A stretch of 64,000 bases of DNA. It comes from Heterodontus francisci (taxonomy: Eukaryota). Below the pieces are notes generated by a model. That model did not search any database. It was not told the origin of the DNA and worked only from the letters and a program-made list of their open reading frames with translations. The translations under genes and the position numbers were made by a program. This document shows, one piece after another, positions 59,866 through 64,000 of this stretch; within the stretch, counting starts at the first letter, position 1; every line of letters begins with the position of its first letter. The stretch lies in assembly GCF_036365525.1 (NCBI RefSeq), contig NC_090399.1, positions 49,570,430-49,634,429 on the forward strand, read 5' to 3'.

Positions 59866-60805
59866 TACCATAGAAACCAGAGAAAAGTTATGGCACAGAA
59901 GGAGGCCATTCAGCCCATCATGTCTGCGCCAGTTGAAAAAATTAACCGCCCAATCTAATCCCACCTTCCAGCACCTGGTCCATAGCCTTGCCGGTTACAG
60001 CACTTCAGCTGCATGTCCAGGTACCTTTTAGAAGAGTTGAGGGTTTCTGCCTCCACCGCCGATTCAGGCAGTGAATTCCAGACACTCACCATCCTCTGGA
60101 TGAAAAAGTTTTTCCTCATGTCCCCCCAATCCTTCTACCAATCACCTTAAATCTGTGGCCCCAGTAAATGACCTCTCCGCTAGGAGAAACAGGTCCTTCC
60201 TGTCTACTCTATTAGGCCCCTCATATTTTGTACACCTCAATTAAGTCACCCCTCAGCCTCCTCTGTTCTAAGGAAAACATCCCTAGCCGATCCAATCTTT
60301 CCTCATAACTGCAACTTTCAAGTCCTGGCAACATTCTTATAAATCTCCTCTGTACTCTCTCCAGAGCAATTATGTCCTTTCTGTAATGTGGTGTTTTATA
60401 CAGTTCAAGCATTACATCCCTGCTTTTGTATTCTATACCTCGACCAATAAAGGAAAGCATTCCATATGCCTTCTTCATCACTCTATCTATCTGTCCTGCC
60501 ACCTTCAGGGACCTGTGGACATGCACTTCAAGGTCTCTCACTTCTTCTACCCGTCTCAACATCCTCCCATTTATTATGTATTTCCTTGCTTTGTTTGCCC
60601 TTCCAAAATGCATCATCTCACACATCTCCAGATTGAATTCCATTTGTCACTTTTCCGTCCACTCAACCAAACCACTGATATCATTCTGGAGCCTACCGCT
60701 ATCCTCTTCAGTATCAACCACACAGCCAATTTTTGAGTCATCTGCAAATTTCCCGATTATACCTCCCACATTTAAATCCAAATCATTAATATATACCACA
60801 AACAG
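59866..60805 (-). mobile_element. CR1 RT-3' fragment
   Basis: FADDSK, MEFN..CEMMHFGR, LERVQRRF.RMLPGL, RLRGDLIEVYKI. Confidence 0.92.
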
Positions 60806-61255
60806 CAATCATATCACAAATGGCCAGTGATATGGGGGAGGAACTTCAACAGCAAACCAACACTCAGAGATTGGGCTTCCCCATGCAATCCAGACTGAAG
60901 CAGTTATCTGCTGCTTCCTATTAAGCTGTGCACTCCATTGTGAGTCTCTGCTGCCTGTATAGAAGCAAAGAATCAACCACCATTTCCCCCCACTCCCCAG
61001 CAAAAAAATCTCGAAACTCTCCATTTCAATTCAGTAATAGTGAAAAGCAGAAGGGGAGGGATAAAACTGTGGTTTATTTGAAAATATTATGATTAATAAT
61101 AAGAACTTAAATTCATGAAAATGAAAAATAAATAACTAGTGTTAGGTTTCTTGAATTATATAAAGGAGGCATTGAGTCCATCATTAACTACAACACGGGA
61201 CAGGTCAATCCTCAAGCATGACCCCAGGTTTATGGTTGCTTGCATTTTACTTCAT

Positions 61256-61990
61256 AGGCAATGACCATCTCCAACGAGAGAATCTAACCATCTCCCCTTG
61301 ACATTCAACGGCATTACCATCGCTGAATCCCCCACTATCAGCATCCTAGGGGCTACCATTGACCAGAAACTGAATTGGAGCAGCCATATATATACCATGG
61401 CTACAAGAGTGGGTCAGAGGCCAGGAATCCTGCAGCAAGTAACTCACCTCCTGACTCCCCATAGCCTGTCCACCATCTACAAGGCACAAATCAGGAGTGT
61501 GATGGAATACTTTCCATTTGCCTGGATGGGTACAGCTCCAACAACACCCAAGAAGCTCGACACCATCCAGGATAAAGCAGCCTGCTTGATTGGCAACCCA
61601 TCTACAAACATTCACTCCCTCCACCACCGACACACAGTGGCAGCAGTGTGTACCATCTACAAGATGCACTGCAGCAATGCACCAAGGCTCCTTGGACAGC
61701 ACCTTCCAAGCCCACGACCTCTACCAACTAGAAGGACAAGGGCAGCAAATGCATGGGAATGCCACCACCTGCAAGTTCCCCTCCAAGTCACACATCATCC
61801 TGACTTGGATTTATATCGCTGTTCCTTCCTGGAACTCCCTTCCTAACAGCACTGTGGGTATACCTACCCCACATGGACTGCAGTGGTTCAAAAAGGCAGC
61901 TCGCCACCACCTTCTCAAGGGCAATTAGGGATGGGCAATAAATGCTGGCCTGGCCAGCGACGCGCATATCCCATGAATGAATAAAAAAAA
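61256..61990 (+). mobile_element. tRNA-headed LINE family 3' fragment (copy G) with long TSD
   Basis: LSTIYKAQIRSVMEY; tail atcccatgaatgaataaaaaaaa; 36-bp flanking direct repeat. Confidence 0.92.
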
Positions 61991-62034
61991 GACACCAAGT
62001 TCATGGTTGTTTGCATTTTGCTTCATCACCCTAC

Positions 62035-62962
62035 TGTCATGCAGGACCCACCTCCCAAGAATGATGCACATAAATTTTGCCATATGAACATTGATTTTAA
62101 ACTGTTACTGGAGTGAAGAAAGAACTTGTTAAAAAAAGAAAGCACAATGGACCCTTGCCTGGAACACATTTGCATATTAACAGAAAGTGCTTGAAGGGAG
62201 AAAGAGGGTATTCCCTGCTCCAATTTAACCCACAATGGACCTTTGATCACCAGGTAACGTGTGCAGAGGAGACATTCCAGGGTCCGCTAGGACAAGACAA
62301 ACCACAAAGCCAGAAGTGGTTATACCAGTTGTCATGTGATTAACCTGCTGACCAACTTGGGTGTTTTTTTAAATTGCAGCAACAGTTAAGAACTCAGAAT
62401 GTCTGTTTGCTCCTGGATTGAAAAGAACTCTCCTGGCTGGCTCGCCACAGCCTCTCCTGTCTGCTCCCATCTCTTACTCACAGAACTCCAAATCCACTGA
62501 AGACACATGAACACCAAGAGAGAAAAATCTCCTGCAGTGAACAATTTAAGAATACTGGGCCCCAACAAAAAACAAGATCTACCTACATCAAGGACGTTAC
62601 AGTGAGCTCGAAGAACCATAACAAACCCTCTTCAGATATTGCCTCAAACATTTCCATGATATTTCATCTGCTGTGTGTTCTGTCTCTATTTGCATGTGTG
62701 TATCGCATATGCATGCTAACATGGGTGCATCGTTTATCCGGAGGCATTAACTGAATTAAAGTTTAAGTTTAATAAAATTTCAACTTTTCTTCTTTAAACC
62801 CAAGAAAATCTGTTTCTTTGCCTTATAACTGGAAAGCTGTGAACAAGAATTCACCAAATGGGAGCTAAAAACACGGTGTGTTTAAAATTAAAACCCTGTT
62901 ACGGTAAGACCAGGTGAAGGCTGAAAGGGAACCCTAGACCCCTTTCTCACCTGGTCGTAACA
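62035..62962 (+). mobile_element. 5' LTR of a gypsy (Gmr1-like) retrotransposon
   Basis: TGTCATG...CGTAACA termini; AATAAA at 62771; followed by a PBS and gag. Confidence 0.8.
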
Positions 62963-62968
62963 GAAATT

Positions 62969-62988
62969 TGGGTGGTAGTGTCCGGAAT
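62969..62988 (+). promoter_or_regulatory. Degenerate primer-binding site (tRNA-Pro-like)
   Basis: tgggtggtagtgtccggaat versus tRNA-Pro PBS TGGGGGCTCGTCCGGGAT, just after the LTR end. Confidence 0.6.
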
Positions 62989-63105
62989 TGACCCACAGAC
63001 AAACGAAAGAAATTGGAAATGGGAAGCTAAATTGTTCCCAATCAAAAAAAAAGAGCAAGAATTTAATACAGGTTTTCTTGTGGTTGTGTGTGCTTGAATA
63101 CTAAC

Positions 63106-64000
63106 ATGTCTGCAACTGAAACTATTAGTTCTCCAAGCCAGAGTGAAGTAACTTGGGATAAGTTAAAATCACTGTCTGTGGAGGAGTTAAGGAAAATGGC
63201 TGAGCAGTATGGGATCACTGTACGTGGCAAGGCTAGGAAGTCTGAACTCCTAAGGCTAGTGGCCAACCATTTTTCCGTTGAATCTGAAGAAGCAGAAGCA
63301 GTGTTAGAAGCAGACCCTGACAGGGTACTGCTAGTAAAGGTACAACTGGAACAAAGGAAACTTGGATTTGAGGAAAGGAAAAAAGAGAGACAGAGGCAGG
63401 AGAGGAAGAAAGAAAGAGCCTTCCAGAAGGAACACATAGAAAATGAAAGACAGGAGAGGGAGAGAGAAAGAATATTCCAGAAGAAATGCAAAGAGAGAGA
63501 GCTGAAGCAGCTTGAGTTAACTGGGGGGGGAGGGGGCGACAGAGTAATCCCAGTGAAAGTATGGCCAATATGAAGGAGCGTAATTCAGGGCTGGGTACAG
63601 AATTGTTAAAACTAACTCAACTAATTCCAAAATTCAATGAGGTAGATGTGGAGGCATTTTTGTGTCCTTTGAGAAACTGGCAAGGCAACCAAAATGGCCA
63701 GCTGAGACCTGGCCTCTTTTATTGCATAACCAACTAACCGGAAAAGCCCACGAGGCTTATTCCCTGTTGCCAGTTGAGAGTTCATCAAATTATGAACTGA
63801 CAAAAATGCTATGCTTGGGGCATATGAATTAGTACCCGAAGCCTATCACCAAAAGTTTAGAACCATCAGGATGCAAGCTAATAAAACTTATCTGGAGTTT
63901 GAAAGAAATAAGCAGCTGGCTTTTGACCAGTGGCTGAGGGCTGTTAAAGTACAGCTCAGCTATGAGAATCTCAGAGAAGTAATTCTGTTAGAGGAATTTA
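63106..64000 (+). pseudogene. gag: Frameshifted gag of a Gmr1-like LTR retrotransposon (runs off the window)
   Basis: N-terminal helical motif LSVEELRKMAEQYGI..RKSELL; E/R-rich coiled coil; then IPKFNEVDVEAF..FEKLA, LTGKA.EAY, AYELVPEAYHQKFR, LREVILLEEF (SCAN-related capsid). Confidence 0.85.

Overview
Vertebrate genomic DNA, almost certainly from a shark or ray: it carries an HE1-type V-SINE, a DeuSINE, CR1, RTE, Tx1 and Penelope retroelements, and a Gmr1-type gypsy LTR element. The only clear host gene is the 5' part of a divergent, probably non-classical MHC class I alpha-chain gene on the - strand. It has an X1-X2-Y promoter module (27865-27907), a leader exon (27712-27784), a 19.4-kb TE-filled intron 1 and an intact alpha-1 exon (8092-8352); downstream exons lie outside the window. 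About 8 kb upstream of this promoter is a ~22.4-kb G-rich 30-bp minisatellite with kb-scale higher-order duplications and hints of a coding origin. The most unusual item is a ~3.3-kb single-ORF (endonuclease + RT) LINE family, present as 7 copies or fragments. Its 5' end is a tRNA-Ser-like Pol III promoter followed by a structured leader, it has no ORF1 and no usable in-frame AUG, and the sense strand of the full-length copy has no TTTT Pol III terminator. A SINE made of exactly this LINE's head and tail is also present. Together these suggest a Pol III-transcribed LINE/SINE pair. Most ORFs in the supplied track are TE remnants or repeat artefacts. TE boundaries are read by eye and approximate unless a TSD is cited.
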